Positions 1 to 9,020 of a stretch of DNA of 64,000 nucleotides are shown here, piece after piece. Below the pieces are notes generated by a model. That model had not been told where the DNA came from. It worked only from the letters and a program-made list of their open reading frames with translations, and did no database searches. The translations under genes and the position numbers were made by a program. Origin of the DNA: an uncultured Rhodospirillaceae bacterium (GTDB lineage: Bacteria > Pseudomonadota > Alphaproteobacteria > Rhodospirillales > Defluviicoccaceae); NCBI GenBank assembly GCA_964603915.1, contig CAZRWU010000001.1:27580-91579 (forward strand), read 5' to 3'. The stretch's first letter is position 1; every line of letters starts with the position of its first letter.

Positions 1-110
1 GCTGAGGATGTACCGCCCGACGTGCGGTCGCCGTTGCTTGCCGTGTTTCTTGTCGGATCTTGTCTGACGTTGTCCCGCCATTCTCGGCTGTGGATCGTTG
101 CGATCAAGGC

Positions 111-2288
111 TCAGCGCAGATACGCGCCGTCGACGCCGATCTTGCCGGGGCCGTCGAGTACATAGATGCCGGCTGAGTTGGCGCGAACGTGAAACGAGAG
201 ACTGCCGTCGCCAACCTGAATTTCATTGCCCGTTACCGCGTCCCGATAGACGCCGCGGCGCACGCCGGTGACGGTTATCTGTTGATCGCCGGCGATAGCA
301 AGGCCCACAACCGCGCAGCTTTCGGCGTCACGATAGTCGCGCACGAAGCTCATGCCCGCACCCCATTCCTGTACTTGGCTCATGGGCGCCTTCTGCAACG
401 CGGGAACCGCCCGCCGGATCTGATTGAGTCGCTTGATGTGCTGGTATAGCGGATTGGCCTGAGTCTCCTCGATCCGCTCCTCGGTCAGATGATCGCCGAA
501 ATAGGCGCGGCCGGTGCGGTCCAAGGTATCGTTTTCCTCGACCACATCCTGGGGCGCTCCCTTCATGAATTCGATCTCCTCGCCATAATAGAGACAGGGA
601 ATTCCGCGCGCCGTCCAGATCAGGTTGTAGGCCGCCGCGGCCATCCATTGCTCTCCCTTGAAGCGAAAGCGGAAATCGTTGTCCGGCCCGACGTCGTGGT
701 TCTGCAGGAAGGTGACGAGCGTGGTGGGATCCCCGTAAATCCAGTCCATGCTGAGGATTTGTCCGGTATTGGCGTAGGTGCCCCGGCTGACGGTGTCGCG
801 GAAGGTGGAGAACAGGCCGAAGTCGAGAACGGCAAAGCCGGAGTCGCCGCCGGAATTGGGGTTCCGCGGATCGTCGCCGAGGCGGGTGTACCACCACGGC
901 CGGATGAACGAGGGTCCGTTGTCGCCGCCGCCGAGGTCGCCCCAGCCGTAGCCCTTGACCAGGTTCTCGCCAAACACGAACAACCCAGGCTTGTGCGCCT
1001 TCCAGGCGTTGACGTACTCGAGAAGATTGTTGCGCTCGATATGCTTGACGGTGTCGATGCGCAACGCGTCGACTCCCATGTCAAGATAACGGTTGATCGC
1101 GCCGATGATATAATCCTTGACGTTTTGCCGCCGCGTCGCGAGATCGATGCAGTCTCCGGCGATATGCTTGGTCTGCAGGGCCGCGCTTTCCCAATCGCCC
1201 CCCATGATAAAGCCTTCCTGATGATACCACTCCGGATCGAGCGTATTGGCGTCGATGCCGAAAAAACGGTTGGGATCGTAGCCGGCCTTGGGCACCGTCT
1301 CGCCCGTCTTGGGATCGACCAGGGGCGTTCTGCCCTCCGGGTCCGTTGCGTGCCGTTCGCGGTACCAGCCGGGCGCGAGCGGATTGTCGATGTCATCGCG
1401 ATTGGGCCAGGCATAGTTGCCAAGGTTCCCCTTGTAGGGACCATGGTCGACGCGTCCCTGTTCCGAGCCTTGCGGAACGTAATATTTCATCGGCAGATGA
1501 TCGATCCAGACCTTGCCGCGAATACCGAATTGGCATGAGTGGTTGATCACCACGTCCTGAATGATCTTCATGCCCCGGGCATGCGCCTCGTCAATCAAGT
1601 CTTGATATGTGTACCCGGGCGATTCCAGGCGCGGATCGATGCGAGTCCAGTCATAGGGGTGATAACCGTGATAATCGAGGCCGCTGCGGTTTTCGACCGG
1701 CGGCGTGATCCAGATGGCGGTAAAACCGAGATCGCGGATGTAGTCGAGACGCTCGATCAATCCCTTGAAATCGCCCCGCCAGTGGGGATCTTCGGCCTCG
1801 CCGCGAGCATTGAACTTGATGCGGTCGCGGCAGAAAAAGTTGTTCGACGGATCGCCGTCATAGAACCGGGTGGTGATCAGGAAGTAAATGGTCTCTTCTC
1901 GGAAGTCCGAGCCGCTGTTCCGGCTATCGATCCGGGATTGCGCCCCTGTCGCTGCGTCGCCGACACTTTCCACGGGCGTTTGCCTATCGCTGGCCGAAGG
2001 CGCCGGTGGAGGCGCGGGCTCTTGTTGCTCGAACCACCGGCCGTCGCGGTACCAGCCATCGCTCTCCCGGCGCAGGTTGCCGGTTTGCCGGCCACGGCCA
2101 TCGTTGAACACGATGCTGGCGGCTTCTACGCTCTCGAAGCGATAGACGTACCAGCCGTTTCCTTCGGCCGTCATCGCCGCTCCCGGCCATTCGGTGCCGT
2201 CTGCACCCGGGCGCGTCTCCCAAAAATGAATGTTTACCGGCTCAGCCCAATCAGCCGGCTTTTGAAAATGAACAGTCAAGGAGGTCAT
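111..2288 (-). CDS. GH13 alpha-amylase family glycoside hydrolase with N-terminal starch-binding-like module
   Basis: ORF 111..2354. GH13 signatures in the translation: GFTAIWITPP, DVVINH, GVDALRIDTVKH, FGENL, FLQNHD. A W/Y-rich ~100-aa N-terminal module is followed by a PAPPPAP linker. Start placed at ATG 2288 (MTSLTVHF). No signal peptide visible. Confidence 0.85.
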   Translation of the reverse strand: MTSLTVHFQKPADWAEPVNIHFWETRPGADGTEWPGAAMTAEGNGWYVYRFESVEAASIVFNDGRGRQTGNLRRESDGWYRDGRWFEQQEPAPPPAPSASDRQTPVESVGDAATGAQSRIDSRNSGSDFREETIYFLITTRFYDGDPSNNFFCRDRIKFNARGEAEDPHWRGDFKGLIERLDYIRDLGFTAIWITPPVENRSGLDYHGYHPYDWTRIDPRLESPGYTYQDLIDEAHARGMKIIQDVVINHSCQFGIRGKVWIDHLPMKYYVPQGSEQGRVDHGPYKGNLGNYAWPNRDDIDNPLAPGWYRERHATDPEGRTPLVDPKTGETVPKAGYDPNRFFGIDANTLDPEWYHQEGFIMGGDWESAALQTKHIAGDCIDLATRRQNVKDYIIGAINRYLDMGVDALRIDTVKHIERNNLLEYVNAWKAHKPGLFVFGENLVKGYGWGDLGGGDNGPSFIRPWWYTRLGDDPRNPNSGGDSGFAVLDFGLFSTFRDTVSRGTYANTGQILSMDWIYGDPTTLVTFLQNHDVGPDNDFRFRFKGEQWMAAAAYNLIWTARGIPCLYYGEEIEFMKGAPQDVVEENDTLDRTGRAYFGDHLTEERIEETQANPLYQHIKRLNQIRRAVPALQKAPMSQVQEWGAGMSFVRDYRDAESCAVVGLAIAGDQQITVTGVRRGVYRDAVTGNEIQVGDGSLSFHVRANSAGIYVLDGPGKIGVDGAYLR

Positions 2289-2405
2289 TGCGGTTCTGTT
2301 CCGGACGGCAGGAGGAGAAACGGTTGGCACGCGAGCCGTACCACCAACCGCCACGCTGGCAAAGCATTTCCTCCGCTTTGAAAGGAACAGAACGGGGACA
2401 GCGTG

Positions 2406-2435
2406 AAAAAGCCGCCCGATGCGGCGCAGGGCGGC
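2406..2435 (-). terminator. Rho-independent terminator candidate downstream of the PRC-barrel gene
   Basis: On the minus strand: GCCGCCC, 11-nt loop, GGGCGGC, then TTTTT. It lies ~80 nt after the stop at 2517. Confidence 0.6.
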
Positions 2436-2448
2436 CGGGGGCGTCTAT

Positions 2449-2487
2449 GAGTGGCTCCGGGCGAAACCGTGTCCGCCGGAGCCACTC
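2449..2487. repeat. Perfect 12-bp inverted repeat (stem-loop)
   Basis: GAGTGGCTCCGG and CCGGAGCCACTC separated by 15 nt, 30 nt downstream of the PRC-barrel stop codon. Also visible as mirrored peptides in the ORF track. Confidence 0.7.
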
Positions 2488-2516
2488 AAGACGGATCGAG
2501 AAGAATGGACGACAGC

Positions 2517-2906
2517 CTAACCGGCAAACGTCCAATAGGGATCGATGTTGTAATAGTCGTGAATGTGTTTCTCGAAATCCCGGTCCTCAAGCTGCCGCAG
2601 GTCGCTGGACGCCATCTGCGGAGCCTCCTCAAGCTTGGCGCGATCCACGTCAACCACATAGCCGCCTTTATCGGTGTTGTACTTCAGCACGTTCCAGGGC
2701 AGCGCAATGCTCTCCTTGCCCATTCCTAGGATGCCGCCCGCGCTGAGTACGGCATAGGCCACCCTGCCCGAAATCTTGTCGATCATGATGTTGGAGACGG
2801 TTCCGACCTTGTCCCCCGCGGGATTGTAAACAGCGGTGCCCTCCACCTTGTCCGCCGAAATCAGCCGGCCTCTCTCGTCCTGATTAAGTTGAGATTGCGT
2901 GGTCAT
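2517..2906 (-). CDS. PRC-barrel domain protein
   Basis: C-terminal 129 aa of ORF 2517..3473, starting at ATG 2906 (MTTQSQLNQDERGRLISADKVEGTAVYNPAGDKVGTV...). Typical PRC-barrel pattern. The upstream part of the ORF is Arg-rich shadow sequence overlapping phaC. Confidence 0.75.
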   Translation of the reverse strand: MTTQSQLNQDERGRLISADKVEGTAVYNPAGDKVGTVSNIMIDKISGRVAYAVLSAGGILGMGKESIALPWNVLKYNTDKGGYVVDVDRAKLEEAPQMASSDLRQLEDRDFEKHIHDYYNIDPYWTFAG

Positions 2907-2977
2907 CTGCGTTGCTCCCTGCCCATCATTTGCATGGCCGTCACCAACAACGGCGAGATGGCGAGAAAGTTCCGCGC

Positions 2978-4777
2978 CTACAGCGGCATGACATAAGAGC
3001 CCGGAGCATCTCCCAGAGCTGTCAACGCGCCGCCGCCGGGAACCCGGGCGGATACCATGTTTCCTTGACCTGACTGCCGCTTCACCCATGCGTCCCAATC
3101 GGTCCACCACGAGCCTTCGCGCCGTTTGGACTTGGAAAGCCAGCTTTCCGGATCGGCCGGCGGCGTGCGGTCCGAGGTCCAGTAGCCGTGCCTGTTTCCC
3201 GCCGGCGGGTTGATGATGCCGGAAATATGGCCACAGCCCGCCAACGTGAAGCGCACAGGGCCGGAAAGCAGGCGCATTCCCTTGTAGGCGGAACGCCACG
3301 GAGCGATGTGGTCCTCGCGGGTCGACAGGAAATACGTCGGAGCGCGAACCTTGCGCAGGTCGATGGCGTCGCCGGCGAGCGTCATTCCCCCCGGCTTGAC
3401 CAGGACGTTCTCCTTGTAAATTTTCTGCAGGTAAAACGCATGCATGACATACGGCATGGCCGTCGCGTCGCAATTCCAGTAAAGCAAGTCGAAGGGGAAG
3501 GAATCCTTGCCAAGCAGGTAATTATTGACGACGAACGACCAGATCAAATCGTTTTCCCGAAGAAGATTGAAAGTCGCCATCCGGCCCGCCTCGGGCCGCC
3601 CCTCGATCGCCGTTGCCTCTCGAAATTCCGCGATGGTGGCTTCGTCGATGAACACGCCGAGTTCGCCAGGTTCGGAGAAATCGAGCAAGGTGGCGAGGAA
3701 GGTGCCGGTGGCGATCGATTCGTCGCCCCTGCCGGCAAGATAAGCCATCGCTGCGGCGAGAAGGACGCCGCCCACGCAATACGCCACGGCATTGACCTCG
3801 GCCTCTCCGGTTGCTTGCCGGATCACGTCGAGAGCGGTCAAGGGCCCCTCGCGCAGATAGTCCTCGAATCGCTTCTCGGCGACTCGCCCGGTCGGGTTCA
3901 CCCATGAAATCAGAAAAACCGTGTGGCCCTGCGCGACGGCCCATTTGACCCACGATTTGCTCTCCCCAAGATCAACGATATAGAACTTGTTGATCCACGG
4001 CGGGATGAACAGAAGCGGCCGCTTGAGGACCATGTCGGTTGTCGGGCTATACTGGATCAACTCCATCAAATCGTTGCGGTAGATCACCTTTCCGGGAGAT
4101 GTCGCCACCGTCTTGCCAACCGCGAAGCGCGGGTCCCATATCGAGCCGATTCCTTCAAGCGTGGTACCCCTCTCCAGATCGGAGAGCAGGCTTTCCAGGC
4201 CGCGAAGCAGATTCTCGCCGCCCGATTCGATTGTCGCCTGGATCACCTCGGGGTTGGTGAAGGCAAAGTTGGTGGGAGACACGGCGTTGATGAACTGCCG
4301 CGTGTAGAATTCGACCTTTTGCTTCGTCGTACGATCGACGTTGTGAACGTCATGAATCGTTCGCTCCAGCCAGCGGGAAACGAGAAGGTAAGACTGCTTG
4401 ATGTAATTGAAGATTTCGTTTTCCCGCCACGCCGGGTGTTGAAACCGCAGGTCGCCCTTGAGCGGCTCGTAAAGCGGATCTGTCTGAAACCCAAGCATCC
4501 GAGTCGCCGTGTTCTGCCACAGCTCCATGTAGGCGGTCCACAAGGATACCTGCGCCTGCGCAATGCGCGCCGGGTCGGTCACCATGTGCGTGGTGAGATC
4601 CGCGAAACTGCCTGCGATATCGAGGGATTCGGAGACGACGGCGCGCGAACCGGCGAGGGCGTTCCTCGTCATCCAATCGGTGAGAAGGCGCTGGCTGCGG
4701 TCGGCGATGTCGGCCAAGGAACGCGCCAATTGGGCAGGGTCAGACAAGATGCGGTCCGAGCCTTGTTGATCGGCCAT
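2978..4777 (-). CDS. phaC: Class I poly(3-hydroxyalkanoate) synthase
   Basis: 599-aa ORF. PhaC N-terminal pattern (FYTRQFINAVSPTNFAFTNPEV), lipase-box-like AYCVGG, and the typical length. Confidence 0.9.
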   Translation of the reverse strand: MADQQGSDRILSDPAQLARSLADIADRSQRLLTDWMTRNALAGSRAVVSESLDIAGSFADLTTHMVTDPARIAQAQVSLWTAYMELWQNTATRMLGFQTDPLYEPLKGDLRFQHPAWRENEIFNYIKQSYLLVSRWLERTIHDVHNVDRTTKQKVEFYTRQFINAVSPTNFAFTNPEVIQATIESGGENLLRGLESLLSDLERGTTLEGIGSIWDPRFAVGKTVATSPGKVIYRNDLMELIQYSPTTDMVLKRPLLFIPPWINKFYIVDLGESKSWVKWAVAQGHTVFLISWVNPTGRVAEKRFEDYLREGPLTALDVIRQATGEAEVNAVAYCVGGVLLAAAMAYLAGRGDESIATGTFLATLLDFSEPGELGVFIDEATIAEFREATAIEGRPEAGRMATFNLLRENDLIWSFVVNNYLLGKDSFPFDLLYWNCDATAMPYVMHAFYLQKIYKENVLVKPGGMTLAGDAIDLRKVRAPTYFLSTREDHIAPWRSAYKGMRLLSGPVRFTLAGCGHISGIINPPAGNRHGYWTSDRTPPADPESWLSKSKRREGSWWTDWDAWVKRQSGQGNMVSARVPGGGALTALGDAPGSYVMPL

Positions 4778-4975
4778 GACTCAATCCTTATGCTTACAGG
4801 GCAAGCGTCGAATCGCTGCACCGCCAACGCGTGCATGCCGTGCCGCCTCATCGGTAGCGGGCACATGTACCGGGCCATGAATGTATATCATGAGTTTATA
4901 AGCCGTCGACGGCGGCTGGGCAACGTTGGTGCACGAAACGAAGCTCCAAGTTGGCATGGGCACGGGAAGGAGACC

Positions 4976-6292
4976 ATGGCGAACACGGCTTATCGCAACA
5001 ATGCGCGCCATCGGGCGGGTCGAGGCGGCGCCCGCCTCGGCATCGCGGTTTCGCTGGTGACGGCTGTCGGCGCGTGCTCATCCGTTCCGGACGCGGTCAA
5101 CCCTGTCGAATGGTACAAAAGCGCCGAGCATGCCGTATTCGGCGGCACGGCGGCGGACACAGAGACGACCTCACCCGAAACAACCGCATCCACCTACCGG
5201 CCGCCGGAGATTCCTGCGCGCGATCAGCCATTCCCGAATCTTGGGGAGGGGCCTGAGCGACCCGTGGTACGGTCACCGGCGGAAACCGCTCAGTTGACCG
5301 AGGGATTGGTCGCCGATCGCGCCCGCGCTCGTCATTCGGACTTGAGCATTCCTCTCCAGGGGATGTCCGGCGAACGCCGCATGGCCTTGCCGATGGCCTC
5401 GGAGGGTGCGCCCGTCGTGGCCTCGACCACCGCGCCGGAAGTGATCCGCACCCAGCTTGGCCCCGCTGCGGCGGCGACAGCCGAAGGGGGAGCGCAACGT
5501 CCCGTAAACTCGCGCAGGCCAACGGTTGGCGCGGAACGCGCCGAAGGTCCGACCGCTTCCGCTCCGGCGCAAGGTTCGCGGCCGGCTGCGGTCGCGGGCG
5601 CACAGGGAACCCGATCCCAGGGCCGGGTCGTCTTCAGCGACGCCCCACCGCCGCCGTCGGCGAGTCCGGCGCCGCCGCCGCGTCCTCAGTTCAGCAATGC
5701 GCCGCCTGCAACTCTTGGCCTGTCGAGCGTGCCGTCGCAGACGCAACCGCGCTTGGCGACACCTGATTCGGCCCCGGCGACGGCCACCGCCCTGCCCCCG
5801 CCGCCGCCGCTCCGCTCCGCTGCCGTCGGCGGCGGTGCGGCATCGATCCCGGCTTCCGGCGTGGACGCGCCGGAAAATTCCTCTGCGGAAGAAATCCAAA
5901 ACAGACCGGCCGAGGAAAATATGGCGGCCCTTGATCAAAGGCCCGGCTCGGCGGCGCGCTCGGAGCTTATCGCCACCATTCAGTTCAGCGGGAATGCCAC
6001 GGAGTTTGGCGATTCCGAGCGAAACATACTGCGCCAGGTGGCTGCCCTGCATCAACAACGCGGCGGCATGATTCGGGTGATGTCGCACGGCGGCGATGGT
6101 CGTGGCGGCGATGATTCTGCGCAAGACGCGGCGGAGAACGATCAGATCGCGCTTGAAAGAGCCAGTCTAGTCGCGCGAGAATTGATGCGGCTTGGCGTAA
6201 GAAGAGAGGAAATTCGCGCCGTGGCGGTGGCCGGTTCGGCGGCGCCGGAGGACAGCGTGGGGCAGGCCACGGAAATCTACTTCGTTTACTAG
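4976..6292 (+). CDS. Pro/Ala-rich lipoprotein with C-terminal OmpA-like domain
   Basis: In-frame ATG 4976 preceded by GGAAGGAG. Lipobox LVTAVGAC. Long low-complexity P/A/S region. C-terminal OmpA_C-like pattern (IQFSGNATEF...NDQIALERASLVARELMRLGV). The ORF 5' extension (3923..4975) is antisense to phaC. Confidence 0.6.
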   Translation: MANTAYRNNARHRAGRGGARLGIAVSLVTAVGACSSVPDAVNPVEWYKSAEHAVFGGTAADTETTSPETTASTYRPPEIPARDQPFPNLGEGPERPVVRSPAETAQLTEGLVADRARARHSDLSIPLQGMSGERRMALPMASEGAPVVASTTAPEVIRTQLGPAAAATAEGGAQRPVNSRRPTVGAERAEGPTASAPAQGSRPAAVAGAQGTRSQGRVVFSDAPPPPSASPAPPPRPQFSNAPPATLGLSSVPSQTQPRLATPDSAPATATALPPPPPLRSAAVGGGAASIPASGVDAPENSSAEEIQNRPAEENMAALDQRPGSAARSELIATIQFSGNATEFGDSERNILRQVAALHQQRGGMIRVMSHGGDGRGGDDSAQDAAENDQIALERASLVARELMRLGVRREEIRAVAVAGSAAPEDSVGQATEIYFVY

Positions 6293-6488
6293 AGTTGGTT
6301 CCGAAGGGCTGCTAATTTAGCGTGGATTGCGCCGGTGCTTCGGATGCCGGCATAAACCGCCGCAAGCGCATCCGACGGTGGCTTGCTTGAAGCGATCATT
6401 CTATAGTCGGAACTATTGAGCGCCTGCATCGAGGCGTTATCGAACGCGACTCCGGCCCGCCCAGCCGGCTGTCCATGTGAGGAGTATC

Positions 6489-7700
6489 ATGCAAAGCGAA
6501 TTCCATGCCATCCGGCGTCTGCCGCCTTACGTGTTTGCCGAGGTCAACGCCATGAAGGCGCGGGCCCGGTCCGCAGGCGAAGACATCATCGACTTTGGCA
6601 TGGGCAACCCCGACTTCCCAACGCCGAAACACATCGTCGACAAATTGACCGAGGCGGCGCAGGATCCGCGGACGCATCGCTACTCCGAGTCGCGAGGCAT
6701 TAAAGGCTTGCGGCGGGCGTTGGCCGGCTACTACGGCCGCCGTTTCGGCGTCGACATCGATCCGGAGACGGAAGCGGTCGTCACCATCGGATCCAAGGAA
6801 GGGTTGGCGAACCTCGCGGGCGCGATCACCAGCCCCGGCGACGTCATCCTCGTGCCCAATCCGAGCTACCCGATTCATCAGTTCGGCTTCATCATTGCCG
6901 GCGCCGCCGTGCGCAACATTCCCGTCGCCGCCGACGGCGATTTGCTTGCCGCCCTGCACCGCGCCGTGAAGCACAGCGTGCCCAAGCCGACGGCGGTTCT
7001 GCTGAATTATCCGAACAATCCGACCGCCGAGCTTGCCACTCTCGACTTTTACGCCGAGGTCGTGAATTTTTGCCGGCAGCAAGAGATCTATGTTCTCTCC
7101 GATCTCGCCTACGCAGAAATTTACTTCAACGACAACCCGCCGCCGTCGATTCTTCAGGTGCCCGGCGCCAAGGACGTCGCCGTCGAATTCACTTCGATGA
7201 GCAAGACCTATTCGATGCCTGGCTGGCGAATTGGTTTCGCTTGCGGCAATCGGACGTTGATCGCGGCGCTGGCCCGGGTGAAGTCCTATGTCGACTACGG
7301 CGCGTTCACACCGATTCAGGTCGCGGCGACGGCGGCTCTCAACGGCCCGCAGGAGTGCGTGGTGGAGATGCGGGAGCACTACCGTCAACGCCGCGACGTG
7401 TTGATTTCAGGCTTGGTTGCCGCCGGCTGGGATGTGCCCTCGCCGCTGGCGACGATGTTCGCCTGGGCTCCGATTCCGCCTGCCTTCCAGCACCTCGGTT
7501 CGCTCGAATTCTCAAAGCTCGTGCTTCGGGAAGCGAAGGTCGCGGTCTCGCCGGGAATTGGCTTCGGCGAACATGGCGACAATCACGTTCGCTTCGCTCT
7601 TGTCGAGAACACCCACCGGATCCGCCAGGCCGTGCGCAGCATCAAGGCCTTCCTTAGCCGCTATCACAACGTGATCGACGGCACCGAAGCAGCCGAATAA
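6489..7700 (+). CDS. PLP-dependent aminotransferase, class I/II
   Basis: MQSEFHAIRRLPPYVFAEVN..., DFGMGNPD, SMSKTYSMPGWRIGF (PLP lysine motif). ATG 6489 is preceded by GAGGAG. Usual position upstream of hom in alphaproteobacteria. Confidence 0.85.
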   Translation: MQSEFHAIRRLPPYVFAEVNAMKARARSAGEDIIDFGMGNPDFPTPKHIVDKLTEAAQDPRTHRYSESRGIKGLRRALAGYYGRRFGVDIDPETEAVVTIGSKEGLANLAGAITSPGDVILVPNPSYPIHQFGFIIAGAAVRNIPVAADGDLLAALHRAVKHSVPKPTAVLLNYPNNPTAELATLDFYAEVVNFCRQQEIYVLSDLAYAEIYFNDNPPPSILQVPGAKDVAVEFTSMSKTYSMPGWRIGFACGNRTLIAALARVKSYVDYGAFTPIQVAATAALNGPQECVVEMREHYRQRRDVLISGLVAAGWDVPSPLATMFAWAPIPPAFQHLGSLEFSKLVLREAKVAVSPGIGFGEHGDNHVRFALVENTHRIRQAVRSIKAFLSRYHNVIDGTEAAE

Positions 7701-7720
7701 CCGGCGCAAGAGCAGCGAGC

Positions 7721-9010
7721 ATGCAAGATCCTCTGCGCGTCGCCATTGCCGGCCTGGGGACGGTCGGCGCCGGCACAGCCAGGCTGCTGCAGACCAATAG
7801 CGGGCTTTTGCGGCAGCGCACCGGACGCGACATCGTCATCACCGCGGTCTCGGACCTGGACCGCCGAGACAGGGGCCTCGCCCTTCAAGATTGCGTTTGG
7901 CATCACGATGCGGTGGCGATGGCGCAAAGCGCCGATGCGGATGTCGTCGTCGAGCTGATCGGCGGGTCCGAAGGCGTGGCCAAGGCGGTGTGCGAGGCGG
8001 CCATCGCCGCCGGCCGCCATGTCGTCACCGCCAACAAGGCGCTGATCGCTCATCACGGCACTGCGCTGGCCAAGGCGGCGGAAGCCGCTGGCGTTTCCCT
8101 TGCCTACGAAGCCGCCGTCGGCGGCGGAATTCCCATTATCAAGTCGTTGCGGGAAGGGCTCGTCGGCAACGCCCACACGCGTATCTATGGCATTCTTAAC
8201 GGAACGAGCAACTACATCTTGACCGCGATGCGCGAGGGCGGGAGGGAGTTCGCTGAGGTCTTGGCGGAAGCGCAGGCGCTCGGGTATGCGGAAGCCGATC
8301 CCAGCTTCGATGTCGATGGGATCGACACCGCGCACAAGCTCGCCATTCTCGCCAGCGTCGCTTTCGGTTGCACCGTCGATTTCGCCGCCATTCACGTCGA
8401 GGGGATCCGTTACATATCCGCGGTGGACATCGCTTTCGCCGAGGAACTGGGCTATCGCATCAAGCTGCTCGGCATCGCCAAGCTGACGGCGTCGGGTGTC
8501 GAGCGGCGTGTCCATCCGTGCATGGTGCCGCTTGGTGCGCCGATCGCTCATGTCGAAGGCGTGTTCAACGCCATCGTCGCCGATGGCGATTTTGTCGATA
8601 CCATCATGCAAGTGGGGCGCGGCGCGGGCGAGCGGCCGACCGCTTCGGCCGTGGTCGCCGACATTTCCGACATCGCGAGAGGCCAGCGGGTGCCGACATT
8701 CGCGGTGCCGGCATCGCAACTGCGCGACCTGCCCGCCGCCGCGATGGATAGTCATCGCGGCGCCTACTATGTCCGCCTCATGGTGCTCGACAAGCCCGGC
8801 GTGTTCGCCGATATTGCCGCCATCTTGCGCGATCATGCCGTTTCGATGGAAGCCGTGATTCAACGCGCTCGCACCCCGGGAGAGGCCGTGCCGGTTGTGC
8901 TGACGACGCACGATTCCGAGGAAGGAGCCATGGTGCGGGCTCTCGATGCCATTTTCGCGCTCGAAACATGCGTGGAGCCGCCACGCATGATCCGCATCGA
9001 GCCATTCTAG
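7721..9010 (+). CDS. hom: Homoserine dehydrogenase
   Basis: 429 aa. N-terminal Rossmann motif (VAIAGLGTVG), ILNGTSNYILT motif, C-terminal ACT-like region. Confidence 0.9.
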   Translation: MQDPLRVAIAGLGTVGAGTARLLQTNSGLLRQRTGRDIVITAVSDLDRRDRGLALQDCVWHHDAVAMAQSADADVVVELIGGSEGVAKAVCEAAIAAGRHVVTANKALIAHHGTALAKAAEAAGVSLAYEAAVGGGIPIIKSLREGLVGNAHTRIYGILNGTSNYILTAMREGGREFAEVLAEAQALGYAEADPSFDVDGIDTAHKLAILASVAFGCTVDFAAIHVEGIRYISAVDIAFAEELGYRIKLLGIAKLTASGVERRVHPCMVPLGAPIAHVEGVFNAIVADGDFVDTIMQVGRGAGERPTASAVVADISDIARGQRVPTFAVPASQLRDLPAAAMDSHRGAYYVRLMVLDKPGVFADIAAILRDHAVSMEAVIQRARTPGEAVPVVLTTHDSEEGAMVRALDAIFALETCVEPPRMIRIEPF

Positions 9011-9020
9011 AGGGCTGCCT

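Noticed and set aside
3923-4975. The first 351 codons of the 789-aa ORF 3923..6292
   Set aside because: This part is fully antisense to phaC and its composition is Arg/Gly-rich shadow sequence. A good SD and a lipoprotein signal appear only at ATG 4976.
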